From Microbotryum violaceum (Eukaryota), in the NCBI GenBank assembly GCA_001244265.2, contig CDLV01000004.1, positions 2,480,001 through 2,544,000 on the forward strand: a DNA stretch of 64,000 nt, in the 5' to 3' direction. Every line of letters begins with the position of its first letter. Position 1 is the stretch's first letter. Position numbers and translations under genes: made by a program. Below, one piece after another: positions 11,114 to 23,603 of the stretch. Below the pieces are notes generated by a model. That model was not told the DNA's origin and searched no databases. It was given only the letters and a program-made list of their open reading frames with translations.

Positions 11114-14100
11114 ATGATGAGTCAATCCCATCACCTACCTTCCAAATCGCAGCCAACGTTTGGCGCTCCGGCGATGAACAGCAGTATGTTTGCCGCCGAT
11201 CGACACGGGTGCTCTGCCTGGACTACCGGCTCACGATCACATCTGACACATAGGTTCATAAGCTGCCTCTAGGTACGAGTCGTGCACCTTGCCTTGGACT
11301 CCCTATCAGTCCGCATATAACGACTATTCGGGACCGTGGGTGGCCGTCGCGTCGATCGCGTATAGCATCGGTCTGTTCTGACGCTACACCGTCGTGCACC
11401 CGATCCAGCGTCCACTTCCGCTGGCGTAACGGCCATCTCGAATCCTGCGTCGTACAACTATCCATCGTCTCCGGGATCTGCTTTGTCCAATCAACCAGTT
11501 TACCGTCCCACGTTCCCCGATCCTGGACGCATCGATGGCCCATATCTAGCTCCGCCAACAAGCAACAATCTCGCAAGCATCGCAAGTATGGTCGAACAAG
11601 GAGGAAACAATTCCGACAGCACGGGTATTGTCTTTGACGCGGCAGGTTTGCCAAATACTACTTAGCCTTCCGCTCACAATCGCCAAACGTCGCGGGCCGC
11701 ACAAGTTTCCCAAAACGAGGAGGCAGGCCGCGCATCGCTGAACCACCCGCGAGCGTCCCCGCAGTCAATGTCTGCAGAGGACGGTGCCGGCGGTTCGATG
11801 GTCCATCAGTCGTTCCTTTCCACAGCACCTTACCAGTTCGCTCCGACCGGAATACCGTCCAATGCTGCACCGAAAAAGCTCCCGGCTTCGACGACCGAGC
11901 GGAGGACAGTAAGTTGGACGCCGGCGAAGAGGCTGTTGCCGGAGGAGCTATACGAGCAGGCGTACTCCGCTGATACGCGCAACCCCAACAAGACGGAACG
12001 AGAACAACATAAGGCGTGGGCTGTGCAGAGGTTGTACGAAGAATTCGAATACTGCATCGAGAATAAGACTCGGCCGGACGACTTGAGACAGGTCACTTCG
12101 CCCGTTAGCCGGCTGTCGGCGAGCAACCCATGGAACGACTTTCAGAAAAGTCGATTCTTTGCAGCGCTTCTGATCAACGACGGGCATACCGGTAAGCCAG
12201 CGCTTCAACTTCGGCCTTCTCGTCTATCCTGACTAATCAACGCTGAGCAATGCATTCTATAAGTACATTCAGTTCCAACCAAATTGATGCAAAGGAAGGA
12301 CCTAGCGCGCGTGTATTGGAACAGAATCTGCAGCAGTGAGGTTGAGAAGGCGGAGTGTCTCGCGGCTCTTGCATTGGAGCAGGCCGAGGACGATGCGGCC
12401 GCGCACCTTTCATCGGATCCACCGCTTCGAGCGGCCCACCTTGCATCGGCTCCGCAGCCTCGAAGCAGAACGAACCTGGCCATGATCAAAAAGGCGAGGC
12501 AGGGACTGCAAGCATCCTTGACATCCTTGGTGAGAGTCCTTCTGAGTCCAAGCTTCAGATCGGAGGCCCAGAGTAAAAACTTAAGGGAAAGGGATAGTGT
12601 GTCAAGTCTATTAAAAATCTAATATCATGCTACAAGCTGCAAAATACATTTATTATACTCCTTTATTTTTCCAAAATAAAGGCCAAATAAAAAAGGGCGC
12701 TTGCTGTTTTTGTCCTTTTACAAGCGCTTGATACCATCAAAAAAGGGCGAGAAAAAGCTAGGATTAAGAATAAACATAAATAAGTATATTTATTTAACTC
12801 CAGCCAAAGAAGCGCCCGACAAAGAAAATAAAAATAAAAATAAAAAAAAAAAATAAAAAAGTAGAAAAAAGTAGACAAAAACGCCAAAGTAAAAGGATAA
12901 ATAAAAGAGACTGTAGTCATTATTCCCCTTTCCCCCTTTCGTCGCCCATTTTTATTTCGAAATAAAAAAGGGCGCATAAATATTTTTTTATGCTAAGTTA
13001 TTCATGTATTTTGTTTAACTACTTTTTTGCTTCCAGTAACTCCTAATTTACGTCCAAATAGTCCAGATGAAATTGAACCTAATAAAGGTAAAGCTAAAAT
13101 ACTTAAATACATTTAACGTAAACTAATTGAACCTCGAAGTCTGTAAAATGCAACTAAAATACCAAGACCGATAGCAGATTCTGCTGAGCTAATAATAACT
13201 AGTAGTGTCACCGCTAATAACATCATCTCAATACTAATTAGCATAAGAATAATATTCTTACGGCCCTAGTTTCCTTCGCTGTTTTTATTAAAAATAAAAA
13301 AAAAGCTGGAGGAACATGGGAAAAGAGAGTGAAAGAACTTTGTACATGAACCAGAGAATGAACTAATTAAGGTGAAATTTACACTTTTGCTTATCGATTC
13401 TTCACCGTTCCCTTTTCGGAAGGCCAATATCTTTTCGGACAAGTACGGCATCGAGATGTTTGCTATCGCCTCCTCGAATTTACCCGAGACCAACAAGGAG
13501 CACTTTGTGGTCGCTTCCGTGGGCGGGGCGGCGTTTGCGCTTCGACAGGGTTGGGCCGACAAGGGGCAGGGACCGCTGGTCCGCGACTTTGCGCATTGCG
13601 TCGCAGGCACAGCGATTATAGCAGACAAGCGGGCCGGCATTGTCAGCGCCGGTGAGTGGCGAGATTTTACCGGATCTCAGGAAAGGGCAACAGCTAGTAG
13701 AGGTCAATTGATGTATCAGCGAATGTCTGCTAACAGCTTGGAACGCACCCGTGGCCGACAAAAAACGTTGAGACCAAATGCCAATGGTACAACATCATCC
13801 TCAAGGAACTGTTCCGTGAGTACAAAAAGTGTAGCCTGCCTACTCTTCCATACGCATGCCTAATTTTGACCCGGCTCGCTGTCTTCAGAGTCCGCGCTGC
13901 GCCAACGCTCCGTGCTGGACGGCGAGAAGATCCAATCGCCCAAGTTCGTCTATGACGTAAAGGCCCTCAGGGACAACGCCAGAATCATTGTTCAGCGCGG
14001 CGCGCTCCTTCGCAAAGCGGATTTCCGAAGCCCGAGTAGCAAGCTCAAGTTGTTGGGACGACCTGGATCGGATCATCCCATTGCTGCGTGCAGGCGAGCT

Positions 14101-14230
14101 GAGCTTCAGGCTGGAGGAAGAGGTAATCGGGTCAAGTGCAGACCAGGCAATGGCCGACGGCGATGAAGGCGGCAACAGCGATGCTGACCGGCGGACTCGG
14201 AACACGAGCTCCGACGAGTACAGCGAGTGA
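11114..14230 (+). pseudogene. Multi-exon gene with a divergent HMG-box-like segment, probably the accessory gene of a KDZ element
   Basis: Low-complexity N-terminus with stops; SNPWNDFQKS...KDLARVYWN..I (HMG-like); coding resumes after an ~890-bp intron (GTGAG ~12529 to AG ~13421) with ANIFSDKYGIEMFAIASS; acidic C-terminus. Convergent with the KDZ remnant. Confidence 0.45.
12571..13390. other. AT-rich island inside an intron, containing a 32-bp near-perfect palindrome (12943-12974)
   Basis: Abrupt shift to A/T-run-rich composition; CGCCCATTTTTATTTC|GAAATAAAAAAGGGCG has one mismatch. Confidence 0.75.
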
Positions 14231-15777
14231 GGTGACGATGGCCGAGCTTTCAGCGCCAGCCGGACTCGTCGACGCGCATGCGGTGCGGAGATCTTGGCTG
14301 TTGAAGGGCCAGAATTCGTTGGACAACACAGGCCACCACAATCGTTCTTTTATAGTTTTGCTTCATATGCATCCGGCTCTTGGTGACTAAAGGCGGAGAG
14401 GGTAATTGTTCGTTGCCCTTCGTACCTAATCTTCTCCTGGGCCGCTCGAGACCGACCTCTCCTTGTTGACAAAGGATGTGCCAGGGACGTAACCCTGCTC
14501 ACAAACGTTATCCTTCTTGTTCTGCTGGGTTGTTCTCGAAGTACTATGTAGAGTTGAATTGCCCAGTGAGAATGGAGTGCTCCCTGATCCGTGGACCAGA
14601 CGGAGCGTCTACTTTCCGGAAGTGACTCTTTGAGCAAAAGAATGAATGAACAGAATTCGCAACGCGATTCTACAAATTGCAGTGTATGTTAGCATCTTCT
14701 TATCGTCTATGAGCACTAAAGTGAACGGGCAAGGGTTGCATCTGGCCGGGCTCGGTCTTCGCCAAAGTGCCAATCAGAACTGCTGGGCCACGGTGACGAC
14801 CCCCGGCCGATTGACTTCAAGCGGCGCGCGCTCCTAGAAGAAGCTGAGCCTGAACGCGCAAATGAAGCGGAGCGGAACACGTAGGAAATCAGTCGTAAGT
14901 AGCGAAGTAGCGACGAAATACGTGCTTGATGAGAGGCGGGTCGTACTCGATAATACATTCGGTGAGAACATGGAAGACTTAGGCTTGTAACAGGCTTTTG
15001 AACCAAAAAGCCCAATTGACTCCGAGACACAGTAATCGATGCAGTGGCAAATCGGCAGCCGTACCTGGCGGCTGACTTGAAAGCGTCTGAAACTGGAAAG
15101 TTCTCGATGGGCCGCTCATACCTACCTCTTACTTGAGAAACATCCCTTCTCGTCAATGAGATAGGCCGCCAATCCTCAGACCACATGGTGAGTGCTCAAA
15201 GCAGAAAGAATTCTTGCATTAAGTTCGCCGCACTAAGATGAATTGTCAGTGGCATTTCTGGTGAATCCGAATGTACAAAGACTCGGCGGTATGAGGCCAT
15301 TCAGCTCTCATCGCGATCTTCGAGTTAGGCATGTTCTCAGATTATGACTCTATGATATTACCCGGGCTCTGATGTATTGTCGGCCATGAGAGCCGTCCGA
15401 AGAGTGTCGCAGCATCGAGCGGTCCACTGATGGTTGACCTGACTTCCCGGATGGGTCTCCTGAAGCTCCTAACTAAGGGTTATAATTGCATCATCATCTC
15501 TGTTTGCTGTATGCGCGGATCTAATTGATTTGACGCCATGAAAGGTCTTGTTCGTCACCGGTGTGCGCAGTCTAGGAGGTGAGGAAAAACGATCTCCGAC
15601 TTCCCGTCAAGCATAGACTTGTTGACACCAAGCTTTTCTTAAAACACGCGCAAAGTCTCAGTAGCAGGGATGGGGATTGGTGCAAAGGTTCTTTGGCCGC
15701 GCCATGGCAGAAAGTCGAGTCCTTCGAGCGGGGAATTCTCAGAGAGAGTGAACCGCCCAGCCGTCTTGTTCGGAAGA

Positions 15778-16065
15778 AGATACATTCTCTATAGTGATCG
15801 AACCCACTCACCCATCTTCACGGGGTAGACCTTCTAGGTGCTCGAGCAGTTGCATGCGTTTTGACTGAAATGACCCTCGGCACTGGTAAGGGAAACCGCC
15901 GAGCCATCTTGTTCGGAAGAAGGGCTTGCACGCACATGCCAACTTTGCTATTCAAGCCTGTCCGAATGTAGGAGATACATTCTCTATAGTGATCGAACCC
16001 ACTCACCCATTTTCACGTGGTAGACATTCTAGGTACTCGAGCAATTGCATGCGCTTTGATTGAAA
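15778..16065. repeat. Imperfect ~90-bp direct repeat, two copies ~195 bp apart
   Basis: AGATACATTCTCTATAGTGATCGAACCCACTCACCCAT.. occurs at ~15778 and ~15973. Confidence 0.85.
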
Positions 16066-16262
16066 AGTCACCCGGCAAGTCACCCGGCAGGAGCCTAGTA
16101 AGGCAGGCGCAGCCCAGAGATTAGGTCTGACAATATTTCTTTCTAGAAGACGGTGTTATTACTCTCACCCACCGCAATTGAGACGACTATAGTTTGCAAA
16201 CACCATTTCCACTGTTTCAACATTAGGTTGCTCCACTAACTCAATTTACATCAGAAGCTGGT

Positions 16263-17800
16263 CTAAACGTCCGAGAAGTATTCGTCTTCCTGACCAGCGA
16301 AGTCATCGCCGTAGCTTTCATCTGAAGAGCTGCCCATCTCACCGTCCTGCTCGAGGAGTCGTGCGGAGAGAGGCCCCACCTCCTTTGCGAGTTCAGCCCC
16401 GTCGCTCATATCCATCTGTGCCTCAATGGCCCGCACTTGCTGAACGTCACGGGCCAGCGGTGGAGGCCCCGCCGAGTCGTCGAGGCCAGATCTCTCCATA
16501 GTACCGCGTGTTCCGGACCGATTATGTGCAGGTCGCTCGTGATGTTTTGCCTTCTTGACAGCTCTTCCCGTTGCGTTCAATCGTTGATGTAAACCACGAA
16601 GTTCTGACAGTGCAGGAGGCACGGGCTCGGAATGGCCCTCTGACTGCCCGCGAGTCTCGAGCCAAACATCGAAGAAATAGTTGTTCTGGGACCAAGAACA
16701 TTCGCGCAGCTGCAGAAGCTCCATCCGGCGATCTAGTAGGATGAGCGCGCGGCCTCGGATCTCTTCAACATCTTCAGTGCTGAATATGGACTTGGCATCA
16801 GCTGGGTCGATGGATTCAGGAAGGCTATCTGTTGAGATGGTTTGAAAGATGTTAGGGCGACCTAAGAGGTGATATGGAGCACGCCGTGTCGAAAACTTAC
16901 CCGACACGTTAGTCCAAAGTGTCTGGCAACTAGTGAGACAAGTTTTTTCATCTTCGAGCCAAGCCAAAGCTTGCCGCACCTCGGCGCCGATCCAAGCTTT
17001 CTCCTCACCGACTCGATCCTCGGCACGCACAGCTGTTACTCCTCGCTTGACCCAAGGATTGACAGCCCAAGCAGCTTCAACGTGCGTGAAAAAGCCGTCC
17101 TGCCAGAACGGGTCCGTCTCATCGAGGTCGATCGCAGATTTCAAGCTGTCCGAAATCCGGAGATTGTTGAGTAGGCTCGAAGGTGTTGATCCCATCGCGA
17201 GACGGAAGGCCTCAACGGCCTTGTTGTACGTCTTGCGAGCCTTTTCCGCGCCAGAATGAATCTTGCCGTCTGTAGCACGAGCTTTGCTGACCGCTCGTTG
17301 ACCTAGCTTTGCACCTCCCTTGCCACGACCCGTCGAAAGTAGCTTCTCCCGACTGGTTTTGTAGGCAATCACCTCGAGATGAAATTTGCGCAACGCCACA
17401 GAGCACTGGAACAGATGTCGAAGTTCTGCACAGCACCTAAGCTATCAGTGCAAGCCACAGCAATCATGTGAGCAACACTCTGGACGAGAGGCCCGTGACA
17501 TAACGAGCCTGTGCCATTGCCGCTCGATCGATGTCCATCCGAGGCTGCGGCGTTTGGCGCTTAGCGATTCCAAGACGTCTGAATCGGGCTCTTCGGTATC
17601 CCTTTGCAAAAGCCCAGCAAGTCAGAATCATAGACAATGAGCGACGGCCTGGCCAGATGATCTACGTACATTCGCGACTCAATCTTGTAGAGGCTCTCCA
17701 CAAGTCCATAGAGGTCGCTCTCCCTCAGGCGATCCGCCTTTTGCAACCAAATGATTGTCATCTGTCACCGCGCTGAACGACGCGCTGATCGAATTTGCAC
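16263..17800 (-). mobile_element. Kyakuja-Dileera-Zisupton (KDZ) transposase, C-terminal remnant (5'-truncated)
   Basis: DPFWQDGFFTHVEAAWAVNPWVKRGVTAVRAEDRVGEEKAWIGAEVRQALAW resembles the helical C-terminal region of rust-fungal CxC/KDZ transposases (recognised from memory, not searched); acidic tail. Confidence 0.65.
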
Positions 17801-17848
17801 TGGGGTATATACATTACATTACATTACATTACATGCGAATCGCTTCAA

Positions 17849-18470
17849 TTACGCTGACGATGTCGGCGGTGCCTGTTTTGAGCCCAAGTGTTGAGATGGC
17901 AATAGCCCGGCTTTCCTGACGGCATCTCGTATCCTTCGGTCGTTGGAGATGGTTCTTGTCCCTGCGTTGACCTGGGGCAGAACGGCCATATCTGAAGTGC
18001 CCGAGCAGCGGAGAAGCGAGTGAGCTCGAGGTCACACCAACCCACCGGCTACGAAGGCCGAACTGTGGACTGACCGAGGATGCCAGCCTTGACCAAGAGC
18101 TTCTCGGCGGCCTTGGTCGGTTTCGCGCCTTGGCCCAACCAATACTTGACGCGATGTTCGTTCCAGACGACCCTCTTCTCCCCGCTGCGACGGTCGCGGC
18201 CTGGACCGATTCGACACATGTTGTAGGCTTGTTGGGGGAAGGCGATGAAAAGGAAGGCAGTTGCAGTGGCGGACCCCATAGTTTGGGATCCCTGGTTTCT
18301 CCGTTGGGCGAATGGGACTGGGTCGGTACAGCGACGGGGATCGGAGTCCAGGTGCCGAGTACTTCCAAGGGACGGGCATTCGGTCGCAAAGAACGGCGCG
18401 TGGCGACGAGAGAGTAGCTGGGGGCGTTGCGGGTCAGGTGGTGGCGCGAGAGACGTAGTCGGACGGACAT
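17849..18470 (-). CDS. MRPS16: Mitochondrial ribosomal protein S16 (bS16m), 3 exons
   Basis: MSVRLRLSRH..RNAPSYSLVAT..RPNARPLEVLGTWTPIP / GEKRVVWNEHRVKYWLGQGAKPTKAAEKLLVKAGIL / DMAVLP..SSA*. ATG at 18470, TAA at 17849-17851. Confidence 0.9.
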
Positions 18471-18504
18471 GGTGGTTGGGAGGGTGGAATGGAGTCTAGG
18501 GAGG

Positions 18505-18542
18505 AAGGCGGCAAGGCGGCAAGGCGGCAAGGCGGCAAGGCG
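18505..18542. repeat. (GGCAAGGC)n microsatellite just upstream of MRPS16; (ACATT)4 lies just downstream at 17811-17834
   Basis: Read directly from sequence. Confidence 0.85.
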
Positions 18543-18552
18543 GGTGAGATGG

Positions 18553-21500
18553 GTTTTCTTATTTATTTGATAGACTTCATTAACAGCATAATTATATTAA
18601 TACCTAGAAATCTTCGGAAACGTCGGAGGGAATGCTGTCTGTTACGCACACTGGCAGAAGCCAGTAGTGTAGGACTGGTTGACCCTGAACCAGGATCAAC
18701 CATACCCACTAAAACCCCCGTTGGTGGCTTACAGAGACACTAGGCGACCCTTGGACTCCTGAATAGAGGCTCGAAGCCCCTCGAAGTCCGTTTCGGTGAT
18801 CGGTTCCAAAAGATCCGACGAGAATCGGCGACGGCGACAGAGCTTCCAGATCGAGTGAAAGAAGAGGACTCGTGGTTCGACAAGTCGACGTTCCGAGCGA
18901 GACACGACCGGGCATACAAAGTCCACAAAGACTGGGTGGGGGGTCGGGGACAGAGCAGACCAGAGGCGCCGGGCAAATGGGCAGCTGACCGCGAGGTGAA
19001 CCAGGCACTCGGGTGCTTCCGAGAGGCACATCACACAGGAGGTAGATCGATTGTTGGGATGTGGGCTGGTTGGGGAGGCGACTTGGCTTCCCGGATGGAG
19101 GGACCCCAGGGAGAGAAGGTGGCCGGTATCCTCGGCGTCCGAGTGAACCCGGCGAACCTTGCGCAAAGCCTTCCACCAAGCGTTCCAGCGCTGCTCAGGC
19201 AGATCGAATACCTTCTGGTGTCCCTTGGGGAAGATAAGGGGGAAGATGAAGACTTGGTGGCGTTTGAACGCGTTCACAAACGAAGACGGGGTCATCACCT
19301 CGCCATCGGGCCCTCGAAAAAGCGTCGGGTTTACCGAGAGTTGTATTCCGTGGCCCGCTGGGAAGTAGAGTACGTGCGTCGCCCATTGCTCGAGGTTCTG
19401 GCTCTTGGAGAGTTCCGGGGGATTGAGCGTGGTCACCAATGCCCAGGCTTCAAAGTATCGGACCCAACGAGCAGGAAGAAGTTTTGTCGTTTTTCTCACC
19501 GCATGGTCCCACTTTGGGGGAGGATGGCAAAAGTAAGCCCACCAGATCCAAGTCCAAGGGCAACGATGCTGGTCGGGGGCCGGTCTGGACAAGGTGAAAG
19601 GGGTTGGTTCGTTTGGTGCCTGGAGGCGGATGCGGATGTCAAAGAGGTGGTGTGTGAAGCAGCCGTCCGGGGCCCGGAGCTGGAAGACCCACTTCGCGTG
19701 ATCGATTGCTAGACGCTGAGGCAGATCAATCAAACCGAAGCCGCCGTGATCAAGAGGGGTGCAGAGGCGTGACCGGGAGACCTTCGGACGTTGCTGAGTA
19801 CCATCCGAAGCCCGATCGTGAATGGCGAGCATGACGGCCTCCTCGATCTCCTTGACAACGCTCTTGGGCGCGGGGAGGAATCGGCTGTAGTACAAGATCT
19901 TTGTGTAGCAGTAGATGTTAATGATCGAACACTTGGCTGCATATGGGAGATCGTACATCGGAATTGAGCGTATCCGAGCGACGGTCGAGGCCTTGCATCT
20001 TCCCAGCCCGCATCCTCGGCGATCTCCACCCCGACCTGAATACTAAGTAGTAGCGAAACTGCGAATCGCTGAGACGCCAGGTCCCGAGCTCTGGGGCGAT
20101 CGGCCGATCCCGAAAAGCTCCAAGGGGGTAGAGGAAAGATTTGACTTTGCTGAGCTTGCTGGCACTTGCCCGTTCGTAAAGCTCGATCGCCCAATTGAGG
20201 TGGTCGAGGTCCGAGAGGTTGTGGAGTGCGCAGCAAGCGTCGTCGGCAAAAAGGAGTTCGCAAACGTTTTGGAGGCCCGCAATATCGATGCCCTTGACTC
20301 TCAATCGAATCTGACAGGCAAAACCTTCGATTGCCAGGACGAAGAGAGACGGAGCCAAAGGATCACCTTGCCGAACGCCCGACAGGATGTCGAAAGTGGC
20401 AGAGAGCCAACCGTTGAGGAAGATCGAGGCAGATTGGTTGGTGTAGGTCGCTCGGTACCATTGGCGGGCTTTGGGGCCGAGGCCAACAGCGCAGAGGACT
20501 GCATCAAGGTACGGGTGGGAAAGACGATTGTAAGCCTTTTCAAAGCCCATCACTGCTAGCATGCCAGACACGGGTGTTGAGCCCGGAAGTCCAGGGTCCA
20601 TGAGACATTGGACCTCAGCAATGTTCGTGCCGATCCAACGGTTCGGAACAAAGCCACGTTGGGTTGGGCCGATCAGGGACTCGAGCAAGGGAGCGAGGCG
20701 CTGGTTGTGGGCTTGCGAGATGATGCGCTCGGCCGCATTGATGAGCAATATGGGGCGTTTGTTCGAAAGCTGATCCCTCTCGCCGCGTTTGTGGATAAGA
20801 TGGATGTGGGCGGTGTTGCGGGGAAGAGGTCCAGGCTGACGGGCCTCGGTGGGGATCGAGTTGATGACGTCTCGAAGAATTGGGCCAGTGGCCGGCCACG
20901 TAGCGCAATAAAACTCAACCGGGAGGCCGTCAGGCCCTGGCGAAGAGTTCGACTTACACGCCGCTTGAGCCTTTGTCATCTCCTCCAACGGGTACGCTTC
21001 CTCGAGCTTGAGTGAGTCCGCGGGGAGAGGCGAGTTGAAGCGAGGCCGTCGATGATCGCCTTCAGGGCCGCGTCATCGATGGGGCGGTCCTCATAGACCC
21101 GCTCGAAGTAGTCGCTGGCCGCTCCAAGCATCGAATCAGGGCCGGAATGAACAACATCGTTGACCGTGAGCGAAGGGATCAGGTCGGATGCTCGCACTTT
21201 GCGCAGGCGGATGAAGATGGAGGAGGGACCCGCCAGAGATGGGTCGAGGCGGGACCGCAGGGCCGCGCCGTAGCGCGAGTGGTCAGCCCTCTCTTGCTCC
21301 GACCCGCCACGACGGAACCGAGCGAAAGTCCGGGCCAGAGCCTGCAGCTCGGGCAGCAGGCGGTGTTTGGTGGACGTCCAAGCTGCTGGTGGATCGTTGG
21401 GCGTCTGGAGGAGGGCTTTGTTGTAAAGGGTGCGGACAATGGAGGTGAGGTACTCGCAGGTCGCGTCGCCCTCGATCACGTGCAAACCCAGCTTGAATTT

Positions 21501-21840
21501 GCCCGGACCGATGTCAATTGCGCCCGGCACTTGGAACCGTGCCACAACCATTGAGTGCGTCGATTTGAGGACAGGAGCCCAAATTTTGTGATCATGGAAG
21601 AGGTTGACCCAATCAGGCAAGACATAGATGCGGTCAAGGCGACGGCACGTGCCGGGCGCTGAGTGATTCGTCGTGGCTCGTCCTTTGGGATGATGGAGCC
21701 GATAGGTGTCGAAAAGATTGTTGGCCGTGGCAAGGTCGCGCATCTCCTGACCCCCATAATTCGTTCCGTTTTGGTTCTCCGAATCGAGGGGCTGGGACTC
21801 AACACAATTCCAGTCCCCCCCGACTAGGAGCGCAGGCCAG
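18553..21840 (-). mobile_element. Non-LTR retrotransposon (L1/Tx1-like LINE) ORF2: partial APE endonuclease, RT, zf-RVT; frameshifted and 5'-truncated
   Basis: [22 protein letters not shown] (APE); SSPGPDGLPVEFY, GVRQGDPLAPSLF, LLFADD (RT); GGFGLID and C..C..E...HL...C..A..LW. 3' end AATAAATAAGAAAA on the minus strand near 18555. Confidence 0.9.
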
Positions 21841-23603
21841 GGGGGGTGGTCCAAATACCGGCGCCAGTAGGTCAATTGACGCGTTCGGCATGTCCGGGTG
21901 TGGGACCAGGATTCGGTGGTTCTCGCAATCCAGGTTGATCTTGTGCTTCTCCAAGAAATTGAAACCCAACACCACTTCCAACGGCTTCTGCAGCTTGGCA
22001 ACCTTCAACACCGTTTCTCCCGCTTCCCCGATGCCGTTCTCCAGCACGATCGGAATTTTCACAAATGAAGTAATGCGAAACGCGCTCTTTTGGCCTTGTA
22101 TTGCAGTGGTGACCGTCGAAGGTACCGGCAGGCGATACTCTACTAACCCCAGTTTCTCAACCACCTTATCTGCGATGAAGGAGGAAGAGGCCCCGGAGTC
22201 AGCAAGCGCGCGAAACGTTGCCAAGCCTTTGCCGTTATGCAGTGCCATGGGGATTGGAGAGAGGAATTGCGGAGCGTACTCGTTTTCTTCGGCCGTTGAG
22301 AAGTCGTCGTTGTCACGTTCGGTCATTTGGTTGAGCGTTTCCTTGTTGCCCGAACTCGCCTTCTTCTTCTCGTGCTCGGTCCAGCCTTCGGGTACGTCCG
22401 GTGCAGTTTGCCATTCGAGAGGACAGTCCCGCAAGACGTGGCCAGCATTGATTTGTCGACAGCTGAAGCATCCTTCTTTGCGCCTTAGATAGTCCTTCAT
22501 TGGTTCCGTGAGCCTGTGTGGCGTGCGGCGCGAGCCGGCCGTTGACATCCCCAGGGGTCGGTAGGAGTTTGTCCTCGTCATCGTCGTTGGGGGTTTTTGA
22601 ACTGCCACATTGCGGATAACCGACATCATGTTCCACTGTGACCTCGCCAGTCGCTCGAAGGCTTCGTACGAGACCGCCTTGGCCCTTGGGAGTCCCGCCT
22701 TCGACGCTGCGACGTAGTCCAAGTCGTCTTGATGAAGCCCCGTATTGGTAAGGAGATCGTTCTGTCGCAGCAACACGCTCAGTTGGGCGTCCATGTTGAA
22801 CAGTAGTATCTTGATGAGCTCCGCGTCGCTGAGAGCCGCCTGCCCGAGCTGGAGCTGAAGGGCGCGGAGTCCCGATGCCCACGTAGGGTAGTCCATGTTC
22901 CGTTGTTTGGAGTGTCGAATCTGTTTCTCCGTGTCAAATGCGAAGTCCAGTGGTAGTGCCTTGCGGACCATCGCAACCTTAAATTCGTCCCACGTGCGGT
23001 CTTCCGTCGATGATACCAGCCAGTCCTTCAGGTGGTCATGCTCGACATGGTTTTGTATGAACATGATCTTGAACCCCATATCGGACACGCCATGTCGTAC
23101 GAACAGGTTGTCCATGTCGGTCAGGAACGCTCAGATTGAGGCCAGGGTGAGCGGCCCGTTCGTCAGCTTGGGTGCGATGAGCTTCAGTCCCTTCGGCATC
23201 TTCAGCACCGGCTCCTCGTCCGAGCTCAGTTCGGCCGTCTGGTCTTGCCGGTTTGACACTGGTGGCGATACCACTTGGGCATTCTTGCCACGCGCCATGG
23301 TCTTTTGTTATTGTTCGTTCCGGTGGGGTGTCTCTGGCGCACGTTGGGGGTGTGCGTCTTTGACCGTTGTGAAAAAAAAAGTGTAATACACCCCGTAGGA
23401 GTGCACACCGGAGCGACAACGATAAGATCACAGGACCAAAGTATGTAGGATTGACACTGGACACTCTACGTTAGTCGCTACTACGACAATGCCTTCTGAT
23501 ACACTTGGGCTCACCTGGACATTCTACGTTAGTCGCTGAGGAGAGACTAAGAGTGCCCAGGCGCGCGTCTCTTCTCCTAAGGGTCAGGCGCACGGGCCTT
23601 ACA
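21799..23603 (-). mobile_element. Ty3/Gypsy 5' fragment: probable LTR (23382-23603), gag with CCHC knuckle, aspartic protease
   Basis: ATG at 23298 with one early [48 protein letters not shown]-bounded segment is followed on the minus strand by a T-run. Confidence 0.8.

Noticed and set aside
14300-16260. TET/JBP dioxygenase expected beside a KDZ transposase
   Set aside because: No HxD..H..R 2OG-Fe(II) pattern or convincing ORF was seen; left unassigned.
18855-19712. Long antisense or alternate-frame ORFs over TEs (also 58052-58909, 59474-60406)
   Set aside because: Shadow ORFs of GC-rich coding sequence with no motifs of their own.
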